A stretch of 64,000 nucleotides of DNA, taken from the NCBI GenBank assembly GCA_964291415.2, contig OZ219919.1:96001-160000 (forward strand), read 5' to 3'. The translations under genes were made by a program, and so were the position numbers. Of this stretch, positions 18,012 to 26,313 are shown in pieces (the stretch's first letter is position 1; each line of letters opens with the position of its first letter). Origin of the DNA: Alphaproteobacteria bacterium. GTDB taxonomy: Bacteria > Pseudomonadota > Alphaproteobacteria > SP197. A model generated the notes under the pieces. The model saw nothing but the letters and a program-made list of their open reading frames with translations. It searched no databases and had not been told where the DNA came from.

Positions 18012-19495
18012 CCGTGCCGGCACAGGCCGACGTCATCGTGATCGGAGGCGGCAACGCCGCCCATTGCGCAGCACTCGGCGCCCGCGATGCCGGCAGCAAC
18101 GTCCTCATGATCGAACGCGCGCCCGCCGAAGAAGCCGGCGGCAACAGCCGGTTCACGGCCGGCGCCATGCGGACGGTCTATGACGGGATCGAGGACTTGA
18201 GGACGCTCATGCCCGATCTGTCTGACGAGGAGATCGCCCGGTCCGACTTCGGCACCTACAGCAGGGAAGACTTCCTTGACGACATGGGACGTGTGACTCG
18301 CTACCGCTGCGATCCCGACCTGGCGGACTACCTTGTGACGAGAAGTCGCGACACCCTTGTGTGGATGCGTTCCAAGGGCATCCGCTTCCAGCCGATGTGG
18401 CGACGGCAGGCGTTCGAAGTCGACGGGCGTTTCCGCTTCTGGGGAGGACTTGCCGTCGAGGTGGCCGGCGGCGGCGAGGGACTCATCGACGGTCTTTCGC
18501 GAGCCGCCCGGAAGGCTGGAGTCCGCCTCATCCACGAAGCAAGGGCCGTCGAACTTGTCAGGGAGGACACCCGGGTCACCGGTGTCAGGGTCCTGCATGA
18601 CGGTGCGTTCCATACCATCGCCGCGGGCGCGGTGGTGCTGGCCTGCGGCGGCTTCGAGGCGAACCATGAATGGCGCGCCCGCTACCTCGGCCCGGGCTGG
18701 GATCTGGCACGGGTGCGCGGCAGCCGCTTCAATTCGGGCGACGGCATCCGCATGGCCCTCGACATCGGCGCCGCGCCCTTTGGGCACTGGTCGGGGTGCC
18801 ACGCCGTCGCCTGGGACCTCAATGCCCCGGAGTTTGGCGACCTGTCCGTCGGCGACGGCTTCCAGAAGCACTCCTATCCCTTCTCCGTCATGATCAACGC
18901 GAGAGGAGAGAGATTCCTCGACGAAGGCGCCGATTTCCGGAACTACACCTATGCGAAGTACGGAGCCGAGATCCTCAACCAGCCGGAGCAGCTGGCCTGG
19001 CAGGTCTTCGATGCCAAGGTGTCCGGACTGCTGCGTGACGAGTACCGCATACGCCAGGTGACACGGGTTCGCGCCCCGACCCTCGAGGATCTCGTCTCGC
19101 GCATGGAGGGTGTCGACGGTGCAGCGGCCCTGGCCACGATCAGGTCCTTCAATGCCGCCGTCCGGCAGGACATCGCCTTCGACCCCTCGGTCAGGGACGG
19201 ACGGTCCGCCGAAGGGCTGGCCATCCCCAAGTCGAACTGGGCCAACACCATCGATGAGCCTCCCTTCGAGGCCTATGCCGTCACCTGCGGTGTCACCTTC
19301 ACGTTTGGCGGCCTGCGCATCGACACCGCCGCCAACGTTCTCGACAGCGACTTGAGGCCAATCGACGGTCTCCATGCCGCCGGTGAACTCGTCGGCGGCC
19401 TCTTCTACTTCAACTACCCAGGTGGCACCGGCCTCACCTCGGGGGCGGTCTTCGGACGCCTGGCCGGCCAGTCGGCGGCCGCCAGCGCATCGTGA
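18008..19495 (+). CDS. tcuA: FAD-dependent tricarballylate dehydrogenase TcuA / CobZ N-terminal-like flavoprotein
   Basis: GGGNAA, AGGNSRFTAG, LACGGFEAN, RFLDEGADF, KSNWA, TFTFGGL, YPGGTGLTSGAVFGR; GTG overlaps cobB stop. Confidence 0.85.
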   Translation: MTVPAQADVIVIGGGNAAHCAALGARDAGSNVLMIERAPAEEAGGNSRFTAGAMRTVYDGIEDLRTLMPDLSDEEIARSDFGTYSREDFLDDMGRVTRYRCDPDLADYLVTRSRDTLVWMRSKGIRFQPMWRRQAFEVDGRFRFWGGLAVEVAGGGEGLIDGLSRAARKAGVRLIHEARAVELVREDTRVTGVRVLHDGAFHTIAAGAVVLACGGFEANHEWRARYLGPGWDLARVRGSRFNSGDGIRMALDIGAAPFGHWSGCHAVAWDLNAPEFGDLSVGDGFQKHSYPFSVMINARGERFLDEGADFRNYTYAKYGAEILNQPEQLAWQVFDAKVSGLLRDEYRIRQVTRVRAPTLEDLVSRMEGVDGAAALATIRSFNAAVRQDIAFDPSVRDGRSAEGLAIPKSNWANTIDEPPFEAYAVTCGVTFTFGGLRIDTAANVLDSDLRPIDGLHAAGELVGGLFYFNYPGGTGLTSGAVFGRLAGQSAAASAS

Positions 19496-19751
19496 CCGGA
19501 GGCGATGTGGCCTCCGGAACCGGCAGGCCATGGAGTCTCGCTGCACCATCCGCGGCGCTCCGCGACAGACCGCATGCAGACCTCCCCTGTCCGCGCGGCC
19601 CGGTCTTCGAATCGCTGAGCGCGATGGCGCCCTGGCCGATGTCGCGCCAGTGCAGACCGGAGTCTTTGCTGCGGCGGCATCCTGTTTTCCTTGCCGGGTT
19701 GCGCGACGTGCCTTCGCATGCTGCCAATCCAGCGACGACCGGTCAGTTCCC

Positions 19752-19784
19752 TTGCTAATATAACGAACAATGTTAAATTAGCAA
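19752..19784 (+). promoter_or_regulatory. AT-rich inverted repeat overlapping the ATPase start (candidate operator)
   Basis: TTGCTAAT-A-TAAC-GAACAAT-GTTA-A-ATTAGCAA. Confidence 0.55.
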
Positions 19785-20953
19785 TGATGATAGATCGCAG
19801 ACACACACGGCAAGTCCTGCAGTTTCTCGAAGAGAGTCCCGCTGTTGCGCTTCTGGGGCCGCGCCAGGTCGGAAAGACCACGCTCGCGCGCACCATCGCG
19901 GCTGAATCCCCCAACTGCCTGTACCTCGATCTCGAGAATCCACGTGATGTCGCCCGTCTCGCGGATGCGGGCCGGTATCTCGAGCTCCATGCCGACCGGT
20001 TGGTGATCCTGGACGAGATCCAGCGGATGCCCGATCTCTTTCGAGTGCTGCGAGGGCAGATTGACGAGCGCCGTCGCAGCGGCCGGCGTTCGCGACACTT
20101 TCTTCTCCTCGGGTCGGCTTCGGACAGGCTGATGCGGCAATCGTCGGAGTCGCTCGCCGGCCGCATCATCTATCACGAGCTGCCGGGGCTGGATGCTCTG
20201 GAAGTTGGGTCCGATCACGATTCTCTTTGGCTCCGTGGCGGCTTTCCCGACTCCTTTACCGCCCGAAGCGATGCGGCGAGCGCCCGCTGGCGTCTCAACT
20301 TCGTTCGCACCTATCTGGAGCGCGACATCCCGCAGTTCGGCGTGCGCGTGCCAGCCGAAACCCTGCGGCGCTTCTGGACGATGCTCGGCCACCGCCAGGG
20401 TTGTCTCCTGAACGCCTCGGAGCTTGCCCGCAGTCTCGATGTCTCGGTGCCCACGGTGACGCGTTACGTGGACCTCCTGTCGGACCTGATGCTGGTCCGC
20501 CGGCTGCCTCCCTGGTTCGCCAACGTCGGCAAGCGCCTGGTCAAGACCCCCAAGGTCTACATTCGCGACAGCGGGGTCCTGCATTCACTGCTGGGACTCG
20601 GCACCCTCGACGACGTGCTCTCCCATCCGGTGATCGGGGCGAGCTGGGAAGGCTTCGTGATCGAGAACCTGATCGCGGCCGCCCCCTTCGGGACGGACGC
20701 CTGGTTCTATCGCACCCGGGCGGGAGCGGAGATCGACCTCCTGCTGAACATGCCTGACCGCCGCCTGTGGGCGGTCGAGGTGAAGCGAAGCGCCGCGCCC
20801 AGGGCCGGAAAGGGATTCGAAATCGGCGCCTCCGACCTTGACGTGGACGAGCGATTCGTCGTGCACCCCGGCCACGAGACATTCCCGCTGTCCCGGACGA
20901 CCACCGCGGTCCCTCTGGTGGACCTGATGGCACGGCTCGAAGCGCTCGCCTGA
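19784..20953 (+). CDS. AAA+ ATPase with DUF4143 and C-terminal nuclease-like region
   Basis: GPRQVGKT, ILDEIQ, LLGSAS, ESLAGR, RGGFP, KTPKVYIRDSG, AEIDL...AVEVK. Confidence 0.9.
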   Translation: MMIDRRHTRQVLQFLEESPAVALLGPRQVGKTTLARTIAAESPNCLYLDLENPRDVARLADAGRYLELHADRLVILDEIQRMPDLFRVLRGQIDERRRSGRRSRHFLLLGSASDRLMRQSSESLAGRIIYHELPGLDALEVGSDHDSLWLRGGFPDSFTARSDAASARWRLNFVRTYLERDIPQFGVRVPAETLRRFWTMLGHRQGCLLNASELARSLDVSVPTVTRYVDLLSDLMLVRRLPPWFANVGKRLVKTPKVYIRDSGVLHSLLGLGTLDDVLSHPVIGASWEGFVIENLIAAAPFGTDAWFYRTRAGAEIDLLLNMPDRRLWAVEVKRSAAPRAGKGFEIGASDLDVDERFVVHPGHETFPLSRTTTAVPLVDLMARLEALA

Positions 20954-21022
20954 CCTTGCGGCAAGGAGTTCATTCCACGACAGGCGCCTGTGCCAGCTGC
21001 GCTGTGTGGACTCCGTGACGCG

Positions 21023-21112
21023 ACTGCGTCGGGTGTGAGCCCGAGACGGGCATCGGAACGCAGGTCCTCCGGCGCGACGTCATCGGGATCGTCGAATGAG
21101 AGAGCGAGAGTA
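21023..21112 (-). pseudogene. Decayed fragment of the AraC-GyrI gene (partner 26561-26650)
   Basis: 72/90 ungapped identity; LSFDDPDDVAPEDLRSDARL vs LSFDDPGDVAPENLRSDACL. Confidence 0.88.
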
Positions 21113-21120
21113 GCTGCCTG

Positions 21121-21220
21121 TTTCAACGATCCAGGCGGCACCGGCCTCGCGTCGGGTGCGGTCTTCGGACGCCTGGCCGGCCGGTCGGCAGCCGCCCATG
21201 CATCACGACCGTGAGCGGTG
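21121..21220 (+). pseudogene. Decayed duplicate of the tcuA 3' end (partner 19408-19507)
   Basis: 76/90 ungapped identity; FNDPGGTGLASGAVFGRLAGRSAA vs FNYPGGTGLTSGAVFGRLAGQSAA. Confidence 0.9.
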
Positions 21221-21519
21221 GGGCGCCGGCAGAGCTTCCGGAACAGGGCCATGAGACCGGGGATCGCCCGCCGGAGGTGATGACAATACTCATGGAGCCG
21301 TTTGCCGACCTCCAGGGCGACGCTGATCCCTGCCGGTTCCCCGCCCGATGCCAGCCGGTAGCACGTTCGTCGGGATCCCTTGATCCCCTCCAGGGGCAGG
21401 GTGTTGCCGGTGACGGTCCCTGACCGATGTCGTTCTCACGAGGCCCCCCGCACAACAGGCTCGAGCCCGAGCCGTGGTCGGTTGACAAGGGCCTCCGCTC
21501 CCGGACCATGGGCCCGTCG

Positions 21520-22227
21520 ATGACCATCGGGAGAGAGACCCTGACCTTCATCATTCCGCCGGGAGAGCCCGTGGGCCTTGCCGTCGAAGGCAGAACCGGG
21601 CTCTTCCCCGTGGGCCGCGTCTTCTGCATCGGGCGCAACTATGCCAACCATGCGATTGAGATGGGCGGCGATCCGGAACGGGAGGAGCCGTTCTTCTTCG
21701 CCAAGCCGGCCTCGGCGATCATCCCGGGGGGAGGATCGCTTCCCTATCCTCCCGCCACCGCCAGCCTGCACCACGAGGTCGAACTCGTCGTCGCGCTTGC
21801 TTCGGGTGGCCGGAACCTCTCCCGGTCGGTAGCGCGCGAGGCCATCTTCGGCCATGCCGTGGGCATCGATTTGACGCGCCGCGACCTTCAGGACATCGCC
21901 AAGAAATCGGGGAGACCCTGGGACATGGCCAAGGGTTTCGATGCCTCCGGTCCGGTGGGCGCCCTCGTGCCGGCGGAACGCCGGGAACCGCGCGAGGAAG
22001 CCTCGATCACGCTCGACGTGAACGGCGAAAGACGGCAGTCGGGGACCCTCGGCCAGATGATCTGGAAGCCTGACGAGTCACTCGCCTTTCTCTCCACCCT
22101 GGTGGAACTCAAGCCCGGAGATCTCGTCTTCACCGGCACGCCTGCCGGCGTCGGCGCGGTCGTCCGGGGCGACCGCATCGCCGCCCGGATCACGGGACTT
22201 CCCGCGCTGCACTGCACAATCGTGTGA
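21520..22227 (+). CDS. Fumarylacetoacetate hydrolase family (fumarylpyruvate hydrolase-like)
   Basis: FCIGRNYANHA, PFFFAKP, HHEVEL, DLTRRDLQ, KGFD, GDLVFTGTPAGVG; start uncertain. Confidence 0.9.
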   Translation: MTIGRETLTFIIPPGEPVGLAVEGRTGLFPVGRVFCIGRNYANHAIEMGGDPEREEPFFFAKPASAIIPGGGSLPYPPATASLHHEVELVVALASGGRNLSRSVAREAIFGHAVGIDLTRRDLQDIAKKSGRPWDMAKGFDASGPVGALVPAERREPREEASITLDVNGERRQSGTLGQMIWKPDESLAFLSTLVELKPGDLVFTGTPAGVGAVVRGDRIAARITGLPALHCTIV

Positions 22228-22387
22228 GAATCCTCCACGGTCCGCTCGCGACCTCCAGGCCATCAAGGACGCGGTCATCGGGGCCAGAATGACAAGGAGG
22301 CATACGCGACACGCATAGGACGTGTCCTGAAGCGCCATGCTGATTCGCGGGACATCGGTGACACCAGCGGTCTCGGCTCTGCCGACC

Positions 22388-22477
22388 TCGATGATCTCGC
22401 CGCTTTGCGGCCACCACGCCGGAAACAGCCGACTGCATGCTTCCGCGCCACCGTCACAAGGACCAAGGCGGGTGTGC
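22388..22477 (-). pseudogene. Second decayed fragment of the AraC-GyrI gene (partner 26420-26509)
   Basis: 60/80 ungapped identity; GPCDGGAEACSRLFPAWWPQSGEII vs GPYDGIAEAYRRMYSLWLPQSGEDI. Confidence 0.8.
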
Positions 22478-22566
22478 GACGGCATTGCACACAGGGACGC
22501 ACCAGGGTCGGGGGCCCGGCCGCGTGTTGGGCCGTCGGCCGGCAATGCGATGCGGCCGAGCTGAAG

Positions 22567-24915
22567 CTAGATTTCGTCGTGACGCGGCATGCGGTAGCCG
22601 ACTCGCCGTTCGGTCAGGATGTAGGTCGGCTCGGCGCTGTCCTCGCCAAGCTTGCCGCGCAACCGCTTGACGTAGGCGCGCACGAGCTTCGGGTTGGCGT
22701 AGCTCTTCCCGCTCCACACCTGGCGCAGCAGCGCATCGTAGGTCGCCACTCGGCCCTGGCCAAGCGACAGCACGCGCAGCAGATCGTATTCAGTCGCCGT
22801 CAGCTCCACTTCCCGTCCTTCGAGCATGACCCGCCGGTGGGCATAGTCGATGGCGAGCGCGCCCAGCACGAACGGGTCGGGCTCGGCACGGCGGCGCAAT
22901 GCCGCCCCGATCCGCGCCGTCAACTCGGTGGCCGAGAAGGGCTTGACAACATAATCCTCGGCGCCGGCCTCAAGGGCGCGTGCGATGGTCTCGTCGCGCC
23001 CGTAGCCGGAGATGAAGATGACGGGAACGTCGGTCAGTTCGGGTACCGTCTCCATCAGTTCGATGCCGTCGGTCCCGGGCAACACCAGGTCGAGGACGAC
23101 CAGCACGGGCTTTTGCGCCTCGAGGAGGTCGCGCAGCTGGTGGTGGTCGGTGGCGACCAGGGGGGCATAGCCCTCCCCAAGCAGCGCGTCACGCACGAAG
23201 CGCAGCATCTGCGGGTCGTCGTCCACCACCAGGATACGCGGCCGCACCCCGGCTCCATGCGCCGCAGCGTGCCGACCCTGCGCCGCGCCTGCTTCGCCGC
23301 CCACCTTCCCGACCTGCGGCAAGATGAAGGTGAACCGCGCGCCCCGGCCCGGCCCGGCGCTCTCGGCCCGGATGCGCCCGCCATGCGCCTCCACAAGGCC
23401 CTTGCAGATGGCGAGACCCAGTCCGCCCCCGACGCCGGGCTCGCCGTCGCCGGCGCCGCCGTACTTTCGGAACAGGCGCGCCAGGCGCTCCGGCGCCATC
23501 CCCCTTCCCTCGTCCGTCACCGAGACCGCGACATGCGCGCTGTCGCACTCCGCCGCGATTCGGATGGGGACACTCTCCGGAGAGTGCCGCGCGGCGTTGG
23601 CGAGCAGGTTGTTCAGGACCTGTACGATTCGCCCCCGGTCGGCCATCACGCGGGGAAGGTCCACCGGAAGGTCGATGTGCACCGCATGCCGGGCGTCGCC
23701 GGACAGGAACGCGGTGCGCGCCTGCTCGACCAGCTCGCCCACCTCCGTGGGCTCGGGTGCGACCGAGAGCGTGCCGGAGTCGATCCTGCCCGCGTCGAGC
23801 AAGTCGCCGATCAACCCGCTCATCCGGTCGGCCTGCTGGTCGATGATGCGGAAGAACTGCCGCGTTTCCGCGGAGCCGAAGCTCTGCGGCGTGTTCAGCA
23901 CCGTCGCAGTTGATCCCTTGATGGCGGCGAGCGGCGTGCGCAGCTCGTGGCTCACCATGCCGAGGAACTCCGCTCGCATCCGGTCGAGTGCCTGGAGCGG
24001 GGCGAGGTCCTGCAGGGTGACCATCACCGATACGACGGTGCCGTCTTCGGCCTGGATTGGCGTGACGTTGGCCAGCACGCTGACGCTGCGCCCGTCGGAG
24101 GTCTCGAGAACGACCTCTTCGGCGCGGACCGTCTCGGCGCCGCTCAGCGCCGGGGCCAGCTCGGCGCGGTCGAGCGCAATCTCGCGACCGTCCGGGAGGC
24201 GGCACGTGATCGTGTCAAGCCATTCCTCGAATGGACGGCCCGGGGCGTGCAGGATGTCGCCCAGGCGCCGGGCCTCGCGGTTGGACATTTCCGCCTGCCC
24301 GGTCCGCGGGTCGAATACCACGACGGCGACCGGCGAAGTCTCGACCAGGGCCTCGAGGTCGGCGCGGACGCGCTGTTCGGCCCGGAAGGCGCGGGCGTTG
24401 ACGATGGCGGCCGCTGCTTGCGCGGCGAACAGCAGCTGCGCCTCCTCGTCGTCGCTGGTGAACTCGCCCCCTGCCGTCTTGTCGCCCAGGAAGAAGTTGC
24501 CGACATGCACGCCGAGATGGCGTATCGGCGTGCACATGCAGGCGCGCGAGAGCATGAACTCCCAGGACGCGCCCATTGCGCGCGCGTAGTCGGCAAAGTC
24601 CGCGATCTGGAACGGCCCGGGCAGGTCGCGCAGGCGTCGGAACATCTCGGGTCCGTCGGGCCATTGTTCCAGTTGGCGGTGCTCGTCCTCGGTCATGCCC
24701 GAGGTGACGAAATCCAGCGGCGTGCCGGTCTCGTCGATGGTGACGATGCATCCGTCCCGCGCACCGGTGAGGGCACGGGCGCCATCGATCGTCTCACGCA
24801 GCACGGTCTCGAGGTCGAGACTCGCGCTGATGCGCAGCAGAGCTCTGCTCAGGGAAGAAAGGCGCGTCTCGTCGGGCGCCGGGTTCGCGGCAGGAGGGTC
24901 GGGCGGCGCGGTCAT
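22567..24915 (-). CDS. Soluble hybrid sensor: GAF-PAS-histidine kinase-receiver-OmpR winged helix
   Basis: H-box SHELRTPL, NLLANAARH, DEGRG, GLGLAICK; receiver VVDDD/LDLVLP/KPF; winged helix LTATEYDLL...RLRGKL...VGYR; no TM segment seen. Confidence 0.92.
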   Translation of the reverse strand: MTAPPDPPAANPAPDETRLSSLSRALLRISASLDLETVLRETIDGARALTGARDGCIVTIDETGTPLDFVTSGMTEDEHRQLEQWPDGPEMFRRLRDLPGPFQIADFADYARAMGASWEFMLSRACMCTPIRHLGVHVGNFFLGDKTAGGEFTSDDEEAQLLFAAQAAAAIVNARAFRAEQRVRADLEALVETSPVAVVVFDPRTGQAEMSNREARRLGDILHAPGRPFEEWLDTITCRLPDGREIALDRAELAPALSGAETVRAEEVVLETSDGRSVSVLANVTPIQAEDGTVVSVMVTLQDLAPLQALDRMRAEFLGMVSHELRTPLAAIKGSTATVLNTPQSFGSAETRQFFRIIDQQADRMSGLIGDLLDAGRIDSGTLSVAPEPTEVGELVEQARTAFLSGDARHAVHIDLPVDLPRVMADRGRIVQVLNNLLANAARHSPESVPIRIAAECDSAHVAVSVTDEGRGMAPERLARLFRKYGGAGDGEPGVGGGLGLAICKGLVEAHGGRIRAESAGPGRGARFTFILPQVGKVGGEAGAAQGRHAAAHGAGVRPRILVVDDDPQMLRFVRDALLGEGYAPLVATDHHQLRDLLEAQKPVLVVLDLVLPGTDGIELMETVPELTDVPVIFISGYGRDETIARALEAGAEDYVVKPFSATELTARIGAALRRRAEPDPFVLGALAIDYAHRRVMLEGREVELTATEYDLLRVLSLGQGRVATYDALLRQVWSGKSYANPKLVRAYVKRLRGKLGEDSAEPTYILTERRVGYRMPRHDEI

Positions 24916-25010
24916 CGGTGGCTCCTTGCTCTCGTTTCGCGGCCTGCGCGGCGAGCCTCAGGGGTGGGTGGAGACGGGTGAAAGTTTCCATATATTCGCA
25001 TCATGAACCG

Positions 25011-25041
25011 TACAATTATCATACAATTCGCATAACACATT
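25011..25041. promoter_or_regulatory. 11-bp-phased direct repeats, candidate OmpR-family binding site
   Basis: TACAATTatca-TACAATTcgca-TAACACATT starting at 25011, 25022 and 25033, in the AT-rich divergent spacer next to the kinase-OmpR fusion. Confidence 0.55.
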
Positions 25042-25106
25042 GTATACTGCGTGTTCTCACCAACGAAGCCGGTGATCATCAGCGTTCACAAACGAAGGGA
25101 GTAACG

Positions 25107-26178
25107 TTGTGAATCGAAGAATCAGAGGAGGGATTGTGGGGTTCATGTCGGCGGCCGTCCTGGCGATTGCCGGGACCGCGAGTGCGGACAGCAACGAACC
25201 GATCAAGATTCCCATCAAGAACTGGTCGAGCCAGATCGTCATGGCCCACGTCATCGGTGGCATCTTCGAGAGCATCGGCGCCACCGTCGAGTACGTGCCT
25301 GTCGACAACCAGGCGAGTTTCGAGGCCGTGCGCGTCGGCGACATCCACATCCTTCACGAGGTGTGGCAGTCGACCATGCAGAATGCCTACTACAGCGCCA
25401 TGGAGAAGGGCGGCCTGATCGATGCGGGCACCCATGACGCCGAGACGCTGGAGGAGATGGGTGTGCCGAACTGGGTGATCGACCAGGGCCTGTGCCCCGG
25501 CCTGCCCGCCTGGGAGGCGCTCAAGGACTGCTATGCCAACTTTGCCACCCCGGATTCCGGCGGCAAGGGCCGCTGGCTCGAAGGTCCCCAGAGCTGGCAC
25601 GGCGACATCATGCCCAACCGCATCAAGGGGCTGGGGCTCGACGACACCTGGGTGGTCAAGTTTGCCGGTGCTGCCGATGCCCTGTGGGCCGAACTCGAGG
25701 CGGCCAAGAAGGAAGGACGCGGCACGATCATCTTCAACTGGACCCCGAACTTCACGGATGCCGAAGGGTTCACCTTCATCGAGTTTCCGCCCTACTACGA
25801 CGGTTGCCGCATCGTCGATGGCGGCGACCTGAGTTCCACGGGTTGCGGCTCACCGGTCGGCTGGCTGAAGAAGGGAGCGCATTACAGGCTTCCGAAGACC
25901 CATCCCCAGGCCTACACGGTGTTCTCGAAACTCACGTTCAACACGCCGCAGATCGGCTCCATGGCGGCTCTGGTCGATCTCGACAAGATGACCCATGAGG
26001 ATGCCGCGGCCAAGTGGCTGGCTGACAACGAGGACGTCTGGAAGCCCTGGACCGAATCGGTTCTCGGCGAAAGCAACTGAACGCAGCTCTCGGGCAAGGC
26101 AATCCTGCCTTGCGTGACATTTCTGTCGGGCCCTCCGTCACCGGAGGGCCCGATTGCATTAGAGCATTGACCCGGCCG
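25107..26178 (+). repeat. 1072-bp inverted repeat, copy 2 (includes hairpins 26094-26113 and 26126-26153)
   Basis: Matches reverse complement of 4457-5528. Confidence 0.97.
25109..26080 (+). CDS. TmoX-like ABC substrate-binding protein (copy 2, no transporter genes attached)
   Basis: Protein identical to 4555-5526 except residue 5 (M/I); GGGAG RBS. Confidence 0.9.
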   Translation: MNRRIRGGIVGFMSAAVLAIAGTASADSNEPIKIPIKNWSSQIVMAHVIGGIFESIGATVEYVPVDNQASFEAVRVGDIHILHEVWQSTMQNAYYSAMEKGGLIDAGTHDAETLEEMGVPNWVIDQGLCPGLPAWEALKDCYANFATPDSGGKGRWLEGPQSWHGDIMPNRIKGLGLDDTWVVKFAGAADALWAELEAAKKEGRGTIIFNWTPNFTDAEGFTFIEFPPYYDGCRIVDGGDLSSTGCGSPVGWLKKGAHYRLPKTHPQAYTVFSKLTFNTPQIGSMAALVDLDKMTHEDAAAKWLADNEDVWKPWTESVLGESN

Positions 26179-26313
26179 GTGACCGGAAGGCTGGACCCTG
26201 ACACCAAGGCCCGGGCCGTGTGTTCGCTCGCCGCTGAAGGTGTCCTCGAAGAAGGAGGCCCCGGCATCGACCTCCGCCAGCCGCACATTGAGCGCCACGG
26301 GCACCTGTTTCTG

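Noticed and set aside
7686-22560. Diversity-generating retroelement reading of the diverged repeat pairs (TR/VR)
   Set aside because: Mismatches are not confined to adenines, the repeats span gene junctions, and no reverse transcriptase is present.
26180-26313. Possible GFA-like gene remnant (VALNVRLAEVD...) between binding-protein copy 2 and araC
   Set aside because: Too short and weak to support without a search.
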